From an uncultured virus (IMG/VR IMGVR_UViG_3300047576_000059) (lineage: Duplodnaviria; Heunggongvirae; Uroviricota; Caudoviricetes): DNA of 64,000 nt. Each line of letters starts with the position of its first letter. Within the stretch, counting starts at the first letter, position 1. The notes below the pieces were generated by a model. The model had not been told where the DNA came from, searched no databases, and saw only the letters and a list, made by a program, of their open reading frames with translations. The position numbers and the translations under genes are program-made. The stretch lies in the IMG/VR virus record IMGVR_UViG_3300047576_000059; one strand, 5' to 3'. Shown here in pieces: positions 10,501-20,562 of this stretch.

Positions 10501-13500
10501 TGTCAATTTCACTGCTTCCACTTATGTTGGAGCCATAGCCGAAAGCGGATCGGCCAGCGACACGGTCAGCGCGGTAGATATCAGCACGCAGACCATCACG
10601 GAATCCGGCTCAGCCAGTGATTCCACCAACGAGGCGAACTCTACATATGTTGGAGCCATCACGGAGACTGGTTCCGCATCAGATTCTGACAATTTCATCG
10701 CGTCGACCTATGTGGGCGCGCTCATCGAAACAGGCTCAGCCAATGATTCGGTAAATGAAACAAACTCCACATACGTTGGAGCCATCACCGAAAGCGGGTC
10801 GGCCAGCGATTCTGTCAACGAGACCAACTCAACCTATGTCGGCGCAATCAGCGAGACCGGTTCGACCAGTGACTCCGTCAATTTCATCGGCTCAACATAC
10901 ACAGGAGCAATTACCGAAAGCGGAGCGGCCAGCGATTCTATCAACGAGACCAACTCGACCTATGTAGGGGCGATCACCGAGAGCGGATCGGCCAGCGACA
11001 ATGTCACCGAAACTGATACCGCAACTCAGGACATATCTGAAACCGGTTCCGCGAATGATACGGTAAACTTCGCGGCCTCCGCCTATGTGGGAGCCATATC
11101 CGAAAACGGCACGGCGAGCGATGCCGTCAGTGATGTCGATAGCAGTCTTGAGATCATCGCGGAAAGTGGTTCGGCGAGTGATGTGGTCAACTTCGCTGGT
11201 TCAACCTACGTCGGGGCAATTTCCGAGACCGGCTCGTCATCGGATGTGGTTAATTTCATCGCCTCGACATATGTTGGAGCGATCATCGAAAGCGGCTCTG
11301 CTGCTGACACGGTCAACGAGACGGCATCGACCTATGTGGGTGCCATCAGCGAAACCAGTTCGGCGAGTGATTCCGTAAACGAGACAAATTCGACCTATGT
11401 CGGAGCGATTATCGAGTCTGTATCAGCGAGTGACTCCGTCAATGAAACTGATACCTCGACACAGATCATAACGGAAGCCGGTTCCGCGACAGACACGGTA
11501 AATTTCACAGCCTCCACTTATGTTGGCGCGATTGTCGAGAGTGGGTCCGCCTCGGACTCTGTCAATGAAACGAACTCAACCTATGTCGGAGCCATTACTG
11601 AATCGGGCACCGCGAGCGATGCGGTCAATTTCATTGGATCAACTTATGTCGGAGCGATTGTCGAGTCTGGTTCAGCAAGTGACTCTGTCAATTTCACTGC
11701 ATCGACTTATGTTGGCGCGATCACCGAAAGCGGCTCGGCGTCAGATTCGGTAAATGAAACAAACTCAACCTATGTTGGAGCGATTGCCGAAACGGGGTCA
11801 GCCGCCGATACGGTCAGTGATGTAGACTCCAGCGTCGAGACCATCACCGAGTCCGGTTCGGCGACCGATGCAACCAACTTCACGGGATCAACGTATAATA
11901 GCGCGATCATCGAAGCCGGTTCGGCGAATGACGCGGTCAATTTCACAGCATCAACCTATGTTGGGGCGATCATTGAAAATGGAACGGCCAGTGATGCTGT
12001 AAATTTCGTTGGCTCAACGTATGTGGGTGCCATCACCGAGGTCGGTTCGGCGAGTGACGCGGTCAATTTCACAGCATCAACGTACGTTGGCGCGATCAGC
12101 GAAGCCGGTTCCGCGAGCGATTCCGTAAACGAGACAAATTCAACATATGTGGGAGCCATCACCGAAACTGGTTCCGCAAGTGATGCGGCGAGCGATGTCG
12201 ATTCCAGTATCGAGGCGATCACCGAAGCCGGTTCCGCGACAGTCACGGCCAACTTCGCGGCCTCAACTTACGTGGGTTCCATCATCGAGACAGGTTCGGC
12301 AAGCGATTCTGTAAATGAAACGAACTCAACCTATGTTGGTGCCATCACTGAATCAGGCACCGCGAGCGACGCTGCCAATTACGTTGGATCAACCTATACC
12401 GGGACGATCACTGAAGCTGGAACGGCTACTGACTCAGTCAATGAACACAACTCAACCTATGTAGGGGCGATCACCGAAAGCGGATCAGCCAGTGATTCGG
12501 TCACCTGTGTCAATTCCAGTGTCGAGACGATCACGGAATCTGGTTCAGCGAGTGATGCCGTCAACTTCGTCGCTTCGACCTACGTTGGAGCCATCATTGA
12601 AACCGGCACGGCCAGTGATACGGTCAGTGAAACTGATACTGAAACACCAGCCGTAACGGAATCCGGTTCAGCGAGTGATGCGGTCAACTTCGCCGCGTCC
12701 ACTTACGTTGGAGCGATCACCGAGAGTGGATCGGCCAGTGACACCGACAGCTTCGTTGGGTCGACGCTTTATGCCGCGATTCGTGAATCCTATAACGCGG
12801 TCTCTGCCGGTTTCTCATCGTCTCCAATCAGCAGTCAGCCGGTCAGCGCGAGCGGCACCACGGCCTCGGCTTCAGATATCGCGAATTACACAGGATCGAC
12901 GTATAATTGCACCATCCTGGAAGGCAACATATCGACCACCACCATCGCGGTCGTCTCTTATGTTGACTGGAATGGCAACACCAGTAGCAGCACCACCAGC
13001 GGCGCGAAAAACACCACGGGCGCGACATTGTTGGTGATGTCGATTGGCCAGTACATCGCCATCAACGAAACGGCTCCGATTCCATCTGACTCGTATGGCA
13101 ACACCTGGACATTGGCGGTCAGATACGACAACCCGCCAAATGGAGCCACTGAAAATCAGGCGGAATACCTCTTCTATGCCGCCGATCCAATAGTCGGCAC
13201 CGGTCATACGTTCACATGCGCGATGGACCAGGGCTATGGTAGCCAACAGGTCGCGGCATTCAGTGGCATCACGGTCTCCTCACCGCTTGATCAAACGAGC
13301 GGCGTCTATTCAGGTGGACCAAGTCCATCCACCCTCCAGCCTGGCTCGCTGACGCCAACGTTGAGCAACAGCCTGATCATCGCTACCGAGGGCAACTTCG
13401 TCGGTACCGGCACTGGTGCCACGGCCTCGATCAACCTTGGCTTCACCATCACCAACCAGGACCTGTCGACCTATGGCGGCTTCTGTGGCTCGGCGCTGGC

Positions 13501-16500
13501 GTATCTCGTCCAGGCCACGGCGGCTGCCATCAATCCGACCTGGACACTCAGTTCGACAACCAACCAGGATGATTTCATCGCCAACATGGCGATCTTCAAG
13601 CCAGCGGGAAATAACGCGAGCGATACTGACAACTGGACGTATGTCGGCGGAGCGGTCATCACCGAGAGTGGCTCCGCCAGTGATTCCGTCAATTTCGCTG
13701 CCTCGACCTATGTGGGGGCTAGCACGGAATCCGGTTCCGCGAGTGATAGCGCAAACGGAGTGGACTCAAATTACCAACTCGTAGCTGAAACCGGTTCGGT
13801 CAGCGACATCGTCAACTTTGCTGCCTCGACCTACGTCGGTGCGATTTCCGAGGTCGGTTCAGCCAGCGACACCGTCAACTTTGCTGCCTCGACCTACATC
13901 GGCGCGATTGTCGAATCTGGTACAGCGAACGACACAGTCAGCGATGTCGATTCCAGTATCGAAACGATCACAGAAAACGGTTCGGCCAGCGACTCGGTCA
14001 ACGAGACCGCTTCAACCTATGTCGGAGCCATCACCGAAAATGGTTCGGCAAGTGACACGATCAGCGATGTCGATTCCAGTATCGAGACGATCACGGAAAG
14101 TGGTTCCGCGAGTGACACGGTCAATTTCGCTACCTCAACATACGTCGGCGCAATTGTCGAATCCGGCACCGCGACCGCCGCCGCCAATTTCACCGGCTCG
14201 ACGTATGTAGGAGCCATCACCGAAACCGGTTCAGCCAGCGACTCGGTCAACGAAACAAACTCAACATATGTTGGAGCGATTTCTGAAACCGGCACAGCAA
14301 GCGACGCGGTTAATTTCGCTGGTTCGACCTATGTCGGCGCGATTGTAGAATCTGGTTCCGCAAGTGACACGGTCAGCGACGTAGACTCCAGCATCGAGAC
14401 GGTCACCGAGTCTGGTTCTGCATCAGACGCGGTAAATGAAACCGCGTCAACCTATGTCGGTGCGATCACCGAAAGCGGTTCGGCGAGCGACGCGGTAAAC
14501 TTCGCTGGTTCAACGTATGTCGGAGCGATTTCTGAAACCGGCACAGCAAGCGACGTGGTAAACTTCGCGGCCTCCACCTATGTCGGCACGATCACGGAAA
14601 GCGGTTCGGCCAGCGATTCGGTCAACTTCATTGGTTCGACCTACGTTGGAGCGATTTCTGAATCTGGCACGGCAATTGACGTGGTTAGTGATGTTGATTC
14701 CAGTATCGAGACGATCACGGAAAGTGGTTCGGCCAACGATTCTGTCAATGAGACCGCATCGACCTATGTTGGGGCGATCACCGAGTCGGGCTCCGCATTA
14801 GATGCGGTAAATGAGATCAACTCGACGTACATTGGAGTGATCACCGAAAGCGGTTCAGCATCGGACACGTCCAACTTCGCTGGCTCGACGTATGTAGGAA
14901 TTATCGCCGAAACTGGTTCAGCCAGTGATTCAGCTAACGAGACAAATTCAACATACGTTGGCGCGATTGCAGAATCTGGTTCAGCCAGCGACACGGTCAA
15001 TGATGTCGATTCCAGTATCGAGACGATCACCGAGTCTGGTTCTGCAAGCGATACAACGACCGCCATCGATACGACGATTCAAACAATCACGGAATCTGGT
15101 TCGGCGAGCGACTCCGTCAACTTCACCGTTTCAACCTATGTCGGGGGCATCACTGAAAATGGTTCGGCATCAGACGCGGTCAACTTTACGTCCTCCGCCT
15201 ATGTGGGTGCCATCACCGAGTCAGGTACGGCCAGTGATTCTGTAAATGAAACGGCATCTATCTATGTTGGGGCCATTACTGAGACCGGTTCTGCATCGGA
15301 TTCCGTCAATTTCGCTGGGTCAACATATATTGGGGCGATCACGGAAAGTGGTTCCTCGACCGATACGGTCAGCGATGTCGATTCCAGTACCGAGACGATC
15401 ACAGAAAACGGTTCGGCCAGCGACTCGGTCAACGAGATAAACTCAACCTATGTTGGAGCCATCGCCGAGGTTGGTTCGGCCAGTGACTCTGTCAACTTCA
15501 TGGGTTCAACCTATGTGGGAGCCATCATCGAGTCGGGTTTGGCCACCGACTCCACGAATGAAACGGCATCGACTTATGTAGGGGCGATTTCTGAAACAGG
15601 TTCAGCATCGGATTCGGTTAATTTCTCTGGCTCGACCTATGTTGGCGCGATCATCGAAAGTGGCTCAGCGAGCGACACGGTCAGTGATGTCGATTCAAGT
15701 GTCGAGGCGATCATTGAATCCGGTTCCGCGAGCGATTCAGTCAATGAGACAGCGTCAACTTACGTGGGTGCGATCACTGAAGCAGGAAATGCAAGTGATT
15801 CTGTAAATGAAACAAACTCAACGTTTGTCGGCGCGATCACCGAGACAGGCACGGCGAGTGATGCGGTCAATTTCATTGGATCAACCTATGTTGGCGCGAT
15901 CACTGAAAGCGGTTCCGCGAGTGATTCAGTAAATGAGACAGCGTCAACCTATGTTGGCGCGATCACAGAGACCGGCTCCACATCCGACACGGTTAGCGCA
16001 ACCGATACGGGAACGCAAAATATATCTGAAACTGGTTCTGCCAGTGATTCGGACAACGAGACAGCATCAACCTATGTTGGAGCGATCACCGAGAGTGGTT
16101 CCGCGAGCGATTCAGTAAATGAAACAAACTCGACATACGTTGGTGCGATCAGCGAGTCCGGTTCGGCCAGTGATACGGTCAACTTCGCTGGTTCAACATA
16201 CGTTGGAGCGATCACCGAAAACGGCTCAGCATCGGACGCGGCCAACTTCACGACCTCGACCTATGTTGGTGCGATCATCGAGACTGGTTCGGCCAGTGAC
16301 ACGGTCAGCGTAGCGGATGTCAGCACTCAGGTCATCGTCGAATCCGGCTCAGCAAGTGACACAGTAAGCGCGGTAGATGCCAGCACTCAGGTCATCACCG
16401 AAACCGGCTCAGCGAGCGATGCCGTCAACGAGACCGCTTCAACATACGTCGGAGCCATAACGGAAACCGGATCGGCATCGGATTCGGCAAACGCGGTAGA

Positions 16501-19500
16501 TGCCAATGAGCAGGTTGTCTCCGAAACTGGTTCGGCGACCGATACAGTCGATTTCTCGGCCTCCACATATGTTGGCGCGGTCGTCGAAAACGGATCAGCC
16601 AGTGACGCGCCATCCGCTTCGAATGACACCGCGACCCAGACCATCACGGAAAGCGGCTCGGCGAGCGACACGGTCAGCGACGTAGATTCCAGTGTCGAGA
16701 CGATCACCGAGAGTGGTTCCGCTGCCGATTCCGTCAACGAGACGAACTCAACCTATGTGGGCGCGATCACCGAGAGTGGTTCCGCATCAGACGCGATCAA
16801 TTTCACCGCGTCAACCTATGTTGGAGCGATTTCTGAAACTGTTTTCGCTACTGATACAGTCAACTTCACGACCTCCGCCTATGTCGGAGCGGTCACCGAA
16901 AACGGCTCTGCCAGCGATACGGTCAACGAGACGAATTCGACCTATGTTGGAGCGCTTGTCGAATCCGGTTCGACAAGCGATACGGTCAGTGATGTCGACT
17001 CCAGCATCGAGACCATCACTGAAACAGGTTCGTCATTCGATACGGTAAACTTCGCGGCATCGACATATGTTGGCGCGATTGCTGAAATTGGTGCAGCCAG
17101 TGATTCTGTTCACGAAACGAACTCGACATTTGTCGGGGCGATCTCTGAGACCGGTTCCGCATCAGACTCGACCAATTTATCTGGTTCGACCTACGTTGGA
17201 GCAATCACCGAAAGCGGCTCCGCTGCTGATTCCGTCAACGAGACGAACTCAACCTATGTGGGCGCGATCACCGAAACTGGTGCGGCAAGTGACCTCGTAA
17301 GCGATGTCGATTCCAGTGTCGAGACCATCACGGAATCTGGATCGGCGAATGCCTCGATCAATTTCGTGGCATCAACCTATGTTGGCGCGGTCGTCGAAAG
17401 CGGCTCGGAGAGTGATTCTGTCAACGAGACAAACTCGACATTTGTCGGGGCGATCTCTGAGACCGGTTCCACATCAGACTCGACCAATTTCATCGCGTCA
17501 ACCTATGTTGGTGTGATCGCGGAAACCGCATCAGCGAGTGATTCTGTCAATGAAACGAACTCAACGTATGTTGGCGCGGTCGTCGAGAGCGGTTCGGCCA
17601 GTGACACCGTAAATGAGACGAACTCGACTTACGTTGGAGCGATTGTCGAGAACGGATCAACGACGGATACGACAGATGGCAGTGATTCTGGCGATCAGAT
17701 CGTCACAGAATCTGGTTCAGCCAGTGATACTGTCAACTTCGCTGCCTCCACCTACGTGGGCGCGATTGTCGAGAATGGTTCGGCGACCGACACGGCCAGC
17801 GAGGCGGATGTCAGCACCCAGACCATCACCGAAAGCGGATCGGCCAGCGATTCTGTCAATGAAACGAACTCAACCTACGTCGGTTCGATCTCTGAAAGTG
17901 GTTCCTCCAGTGACGCGGTAAATTTCACCGCATCAACCTATGTCGGTGCGATTTCCGAAACCGGGTCTGCGGAAGATGTAGTCAGTGATGTCGATTCCAG
18001 CATCGATACGATCACGGAAAGTGGTGTCGCCAACGCCTCGGTCAACTTCGCCGCCTCGACCTATGTTAGCACGATCACCGAAAGTGGCTCGGCGGCTGAC
18101 TCAGTAAACGAAACGAACTCAACCTATGTGGGGGCGATTTCCGAGACCGGTTCCGCGACAACCACGGCCAATTTCGCAGCCTCGACCTACGTTGGCGCGA
18201 TCACCGAAAGTGGCTTGGCCAGTGATTCTGTCAACGAGACGAACTCCACCTATGTCGGCGCGATTATCGAGTCCGGTTCGACCAGTGATACTGTCGGCGC
18301 GGCGGATGTCAGCACCCAGGCCATCACCGAAACTGGTTCCGCCAGCGATGCTGTCAATGAAACGGCCTCAATATACGCCGGAAATATCTCGGAATCTGGT
18401 TCCGCGAGCGATACGGATGATGCGACCGTCGCCAACGCCAATACCGTAACCGAAAGCGGTTCCGCGAATGATGCGGTCAATTTCGTGGCATCGATCTACG
18501 TTGGTGCCATCAGCGAAAGTGGATCAGCGGAGGACACAACGGACGGCGTTGATACTGGTCTGCAAACCGTCGCGGAAAGTGGTTCCGCTGCTGATTCCGT
18601 CAACGAGACGAACTCAACCTATGTGGGCGCAATCTCTGAGACCGGCTCCGCGAGTGATACGGTCGATTTCACGGGCTCCATCTTTGTCGGATCAATCCTG
18701 GAAGTCGGTTCAGCCAATGACCTAGTCGGCGCGAGCGCGTCAACCTATGTTGGAGCGATCACCGAAACTGGTTCCGCCAGCGATTCTGTCAATGAAACGG
18801 CCTCAATATACGTCGGAAATATCTCGGAATCTGGTTCTGCGAGCGATACGGATGATGCGACCGATGTTGGTGGTGTCACGGTCATCACCGAAACTGGTTC
18901 CACCAGTGATTCTGTCAACGAGACGAACTCCACCTATGTCGGCGCGATTACCGAAAATGGTTCGGCGAACGACTACGTTGATGAGACGGCATCGAGTTAC
19001 CTGGCGGCGATCTCCGAGGCTGGTTTGGTCAATGACACGGTGGATGAATTTGCCTCCGTCTATGTCACCTCCATCACTGAACTTGGTTCGGCGACGGACG
19101 CGACCGATGAAGTCAATTTCAGTTTCGAGTCCATCATCGAGAGTGGCTCCGCAAGTGATTTTGCTGACTTCGCCATCTCAACATATCTCGGAACGATCAC
19201 CGAGGCCGGTGCGTCGGATGACGCGGTTGATGAAACAGCATCGACCTACGTTGGCATCATCGTCGAAATCGGCGAGGCCATCGACGATATCATCGCCAGT
19301 GGTGCATTCAACGTTTCCGCTGATGAAACCGGTGCCACCAATGATGTGATTGACGCCGCCGTGATCTCTCGTTTCATCGTGGAAATCGATCCGTCTGCGC
19401 AGGATATCGTCGATGGTGTGTTGACGAGAAGATACCGGAAGAGAAGTGGTGGTGGCGCATCGTCCATCAACGCGCAACTGACGTTGGCGAAGAAAGAAGT

Positions 19501-19750
19501 CCAGACGGAGACCCTGGCTCAGTCCATGCGGAGATGGAAGGATGGTCTTGAGCCCACGGAACCAGTTTTGGTTCCTGTTGTTTCGACGCCAGTCGAAATC
19601 GAAGACTCCATCCCCGGCCTCAAGCAGGAACTTGATATTCTGATTGAGGCGCGGTCAGAGCAGAAGAGACGACTTCGACTGATCATCGAACGGGAGGACA
19701 TGGAACTGTTGGGTCTTGGCGAATCCGATGAGGATTTGCTGGGACTATGA
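7523..19750 (+). CDS. Giant (4075 aa) repetitive Ser/Thr/acidic fibre-like protein with an N-terminal LamG/concanavalin-like domain
   Basis: Uninterrupted 12.2-kb ORF. N-terminal IDWDNPITAGLVG...MIWNRVL lectin-like domain, two copies of a ~220-aa globular domain, long 20-21-aa repeat stalk, charged C-terminal tail (RRYRKRSGGG...EDLLGL). Confidence 0.88.
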   Translation: MFSTGRIKRPHRGLFFPSGTPIIDWDNPITAGLVGCYVVTAEGGALGIIRCLVTDNILTNTYLQSPGTTLASIKSGPIGMQALDNDSSGNGSGFGGPLPPGQQVQNYSVLWAGTIQGLGNNLTNGYPFFFGASYNNTGTTLNAAWGLARGTAATSTASSETVTFSTNNAGSFEYNEPFANSLVGSPSAGNYCFLGTANVVSGAFKMWSNGRYVGSAAPTAGAIAYTATSEIVVGTCPGQNTTVQAGMCVGMIWNRVLQPGEAALLSSDPGNFLIYDQDLLLGFVKGGHNIWSASITETGNATDTVSDVDSSQEAIVEGEVATIALVANLDWNGNGVNPSSAINTTGATLLVMSIGQYIPINNVVPGPFDSYGNTWTLAIQTANPNNPSTQNQTESIYYVANPIVGTGHTFSTTFSGGQAYPSQQVAAFSGIIMSSPLDQTSGVYSGTASLTTLQPGSLTPSQASNNLIIANEGNFSGSTGATASIDSGFTITNQDLSDYGGYCGSGLAYLVQAVSAAINPTWTLSSGTNQYDFIANMAIFQGTAAGGNYANDACDATVGSGTISAAIYEIGTSPVTGISTLGFSGDPISGGTTALSFDTVNHTGSTYVGAVTESGSASDTVNFTSSTYVGAITEAGSATGTANFAGSTYVGAISEAGNASDSVNEHNSTYVGAITETGSSGDVVNFVGSTYVGAITESGSAADAVNFTASTYVGAITESGAASDSVSDVDSSVETIAETGSATDTVNFAGSTYVGAISEAGNASDSVNEHNSTYVGAITESGSASDIVNFAGSTYVGAITESGTATDTVNFAGSTYTGTISEIGSASDMVNFTASTYVGAIIESGLASDTVSDVDSSLEIITESGSTTDTVNFAASTYVGAIPETGSASDSVNETNSTFVGAISETGSSSDSVSEIDTEAGIITESGATTDTVNFAASTYVGAITETGSSSDTVSDVDSSLETITESGSATDTVSETDTQTTSITESGSASDSVNFTASTYVGAIAESGSASDTVSAVDISTQTITESGSASDSTNEANSTYVGAITETGSASDSDNFIASTYVGALIETGSANDSVNETNSTYVGAITESGSASDSVNETNSTYVGAISETGSTSDSVNFIGSTYTGAITESGAASDSINETNSTYVGAITESGSASDNVTETDTATQDISETGSANDTVNFAASAYVGAISENGTASDAVSDVDSSLEIIAESGSASDVVNFAGSTYVGAISETGSSSDVVNFIASTYVGAIIESGSAADTVNETASTYVGAISETSSASDSVNETNSTYVGAIIESVSASDSVNETDTSTQIITEAGSATDTVNFTASTYVGAIVESGSASDSVNETNSTYVGAITESGTASDAVNFIGSTYVGAIVESGSASDSVNFTASTYVGAITESGSASDSVNETNSTYVGAIAETGSAADTVSDVDSSVETITESGSATDATNFTGSTYNSAIIEAGSANDAVNFTASTYVGAIIENGTASDAVNFVGSTYVGAITEVGSASDAVNFTASTYVGAISEAGSASDSVNETNSTYVGAITETGSASDAASDVDSSIEAITEAGSATVTANFAASTYVGSIIETGSASDSVNETNSTYVGAITESGTASDAANYVGSTYTGTITEAGTATDSVNEHNSTYVGAITESGSASDSVTCVNSSVETITESGSASDAVNFVASTYVGAIIETGTASDTVSETDTETPAVTESGSASDAVNFAASTYVGAITESGSASDTDSFVGSTLYAAIRESYNAVSAGFSSSPISSQPVSASGTTASASDIANYTGSTYNCTILEGNISTTTIAVVSYVDWNGNTSSSTTSGAKNTTGATLLVMSIGQYIAINETAPIPSDSYGNTWTLAVRYDNPPNGATENQAEYLFYAADPIVGTGHTFTCAMDQGYGSQQVAAFSGITVSSPLDQTSGVYSGGPSPSTLQPGSLTPTLSNSLIIATEGNFVGTGTGATASINLGFTITNQDLSTYGGFCGSALAYLVQATAAAINPTWTLSSTTNQDDFIANMAIFKPAGNNASDTDNWTYVGGAVITESGSASDSVNFAASTYVGASTESGSASDSANGVDSNYQLVAETGSVSDIVNFAASTYVGAISEVGSASDTVNFAASTYIGAIVESGTANDTVSDVDSSIETITENGSASDSVNETASTYVGAITENGSASDTISDVDSSIETITESGSASDTVNFATSTYVGAIVESGTATAAANFTGSTYVGAITETGSASDSVNETNSTYVGAISETGTASDAVNFAGSTYVGAIVESGSASDTVSDVDSSIETVTESGSASDAVNETASTYVGAITESGSASDAVNFAGSTYVGAISETGTASDVVNFAASTYVGTITESGSASDSVNFIGSTYVGAISESGTAIDVVSDVDSSIETITESGSANDSVNETASTYVGAITESGSALDAVNEINSTYIGVITESGSASDTSNFAGSTYVGIIAETGSASDSANETNSTYVGAIAESGSASDTVNDVDSSIETITESGSASDTTTAIDTTIQTITESGSASDSVNFTVSTYVGGITENGSASDAVNFTSSAYVGAITESGTASDSVNETASIYVGAITETGSASDSVNFAGSTYIGAITESGSSTDTVSDVDSSTETITENGSASDSVNEINSTYVGAIAEVGSASDSVNFMGSTYVGAIIESGLATDSTNETASTYVGAISETGSASDSVNFSGSTYVGAIIESGSASDTVSDVDSSVEAIIESGSASDSVNETASTYVGAITEAGNASDSVNETNSTFVGAITETGTASDAVNFIGSTYVGAITESGSASDSVNETASTYVGAITETGSTSDTVSATDTGTQNISETGSASDSDNETASTYVGAITESGSASDSVNETNSTYVGAISESGSASDTVNFAGSTYVGAITENGSASDAANFTTSTYVGAIIETGSASDTVSVADVSTQVIVESGSASDTVSAVDASTQVITETGSASDAVNETASTYVGAITETGSASDSANAVDANEQVVSETGSATDTVDFSASTYVGAVVENGSASDAPSASNDTATQTITESGSASDTVSDVDSSVETITESGSAADSVNETNSTYVGAITESGSASDAINFTASTYVGAISETVFATDTVNFTTSAYVGAVTENGSASDTVNETNSTYVGALVESGSTSDTVSDVDSSIETITETGSSFDTVNFAASTYVGAIAEIGAASDSVHETNSTFVGAISETGSASDSTNLSGSTYVGAITESGSAADSVNETNSTYVGAITETGAASDLVSDVDSSVETITESGSANASINFVASTYVGAVVESGSESDSVNETNSTFVGAISETGSTSDSTNFIASTYVGVIAETASASDSVNETNSTYVGAVVESGSASDTVNETNSTYVGAIVENGSTTDTTDGSDSGDQIVTESGSASDTVNFAASTYVGAIVENGSATDTASEADVSTQTITESGSASDSVNETNSTYVGSISESGSSSDAVNFTASTYVGAISETGSAEDVVSDVDSSIDTITESGVANASVNFAASTYVSTITESGSAADSVNETNSTYVGAISETGSATTTANFAASTYVGAITESGLASDSVNETNSTYVGAIIESGSTSDTVGAADVSTQAITETGSASDAVNETASIYAGNISESGSASDTDDATVANANTVTESGSANDAVNFVASIYVGAISESGSAEDTTDGVDTGLQTVAESGSAADSVNETNSTYVGAISETGSASDTVDFTGSIFVGSILEVGSANDLVGASASTYVGAITETGSASDSVNETASIYVGNISESGSASDTDDATDVGGVTVITETGSTSDSVNETNSTYVGAITENGSANDYVDETASSYLAAISEAGLVNDTVDEFASVYVTSITELGSATDATDEVNFSFESIIESGSASDFADFAISTYLGTITEAGASDDAVDETASTYVGIIVEIGEAIDDIIASGAFNVSADETGATNDVIDAAVISRFIVEIDPSAQDIVDGVLTRRYRKRSGGGASSINAQLTLAKKEVQTETLAQSMRRWKDGLEPTEPVLVPVVSTPVEIEDSIPGLKQELDILIEARSEQKRRLRLIIEREDMELLGLGESDEDLLGL
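9330..19360 (+). repeat. Coding tandem repeat array of 63/60-nt units (ITESGSASDSVNETNSTYVGA / ITESGSASDTVSDVDSSIET)
   Basis: Visible in the translation; roughly 150 degenerate units (estimated from length), interrupted at about 12940-13600; synonymous codons vary between units. Confidence 0.9.
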
Positions 19751-20341
19751 CCCAACAACTCTCAACTGTCGGTGTGGTGATCGCGTTTGCCTCATCGCTT
19801 GCATTTCACTGACGGTGGATTGGAAGGTGGACAGGATTTTGACGGCTTCCTGGATATCTCGCGGTCTCCGTTTCCGACTCAGCCGGTTTGCGATTTCATA
19901 TTCATGTACCTTCGCGAAGGCGTCGAGAACGACCCGGTGGGTCACGGCAATGTGCTGCACCGGGTTGATAATGACCTCCGCTTTTGGTGTCAACTTCAAA
20001 GCATACACACGGCAGCAAGGGACTTTTGGACGAGCGCCCTGGATGTATTCCAGTCTGATCCAGCCGCGTTCCGCCTCATGCAGCAACATGTACGAGGCTT
20101 CGGTCGTGCGCAATACGTCAGCAGAATGTCCACCCAATAGGCGCTTGGTGACATCAATGGTGCGGCGTCCGTCCGGCAATTCTTCGAGTTCTATGGCGTT
20201 ATTGCTGACCTTCGAACTAGGTTTGAAGTAAACGATGCCATCTTTCACTTTGAAGGTCAACCATGTCGCGTCATTCAGATATTCTCTTTGAGCCTGTCCG
20301 TTGAAGATGCAGCGCGCGATTCTACCGTATTTTTTAGGCAT
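19745..20341 (-). CDS. Hypothetical basic protein
   Basis: 198-aa ORF with GAGGAG SD upstream, convergent with the giant gene. Confidence 0.7.
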   Translation of the reverse strand: MPKKYGRIARCIFNGQAQREYLNDATWLTFKVKDGIVYFKPSSKVSNNAIELEELPDGRRTIDVTKRLLGGHSADVLRTTEASYMLLHEAERGWIRLEYIQGARPKVPCCRVYALKLTPKAEVIINPVQHIAVTHRVVLDAFAKVHEYEIANRLSRKRRPRDIQEAVKILSTFQSTVSEMQAMRQTRSPHRQLRVVGS

Positions 20342-20551
20342 ACGAACTCTCTCCTCGATGAGACCTCGCCTTATGGCAAACTCACCGTATGGCAGATCAC
20401 ATTAGTTGTCTGTACGGAACCTGACATGACAGTTCATTAGTTGGTCAGTCAGAACGTGTTCCAACACATGTTCTATGTAGTCAAACCGACAGAGAAGAAA
20501 AATTAAAAAACGGTAATGTATCAAATGGCATCCTTTATCCGCAAAAAGTTC

Positions 20552-20557
20552 TAAATA
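20552..20557 (+). promoter_or_regulatory. Late promoter core TAAATA
   Basis: Directly upstream of the nucleotidyltransferase start. Confidence 0.55.
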
Positions 20558-20562
20558 CCGGA

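Noticed and set aside
9330..19360. Long periodic repeats as a possible CRISPR array or satellite DNA
   Set aside because: The units are in-frame coding repeats that vary at synonymous positions, with no invariant repeat plus unique spacer structure
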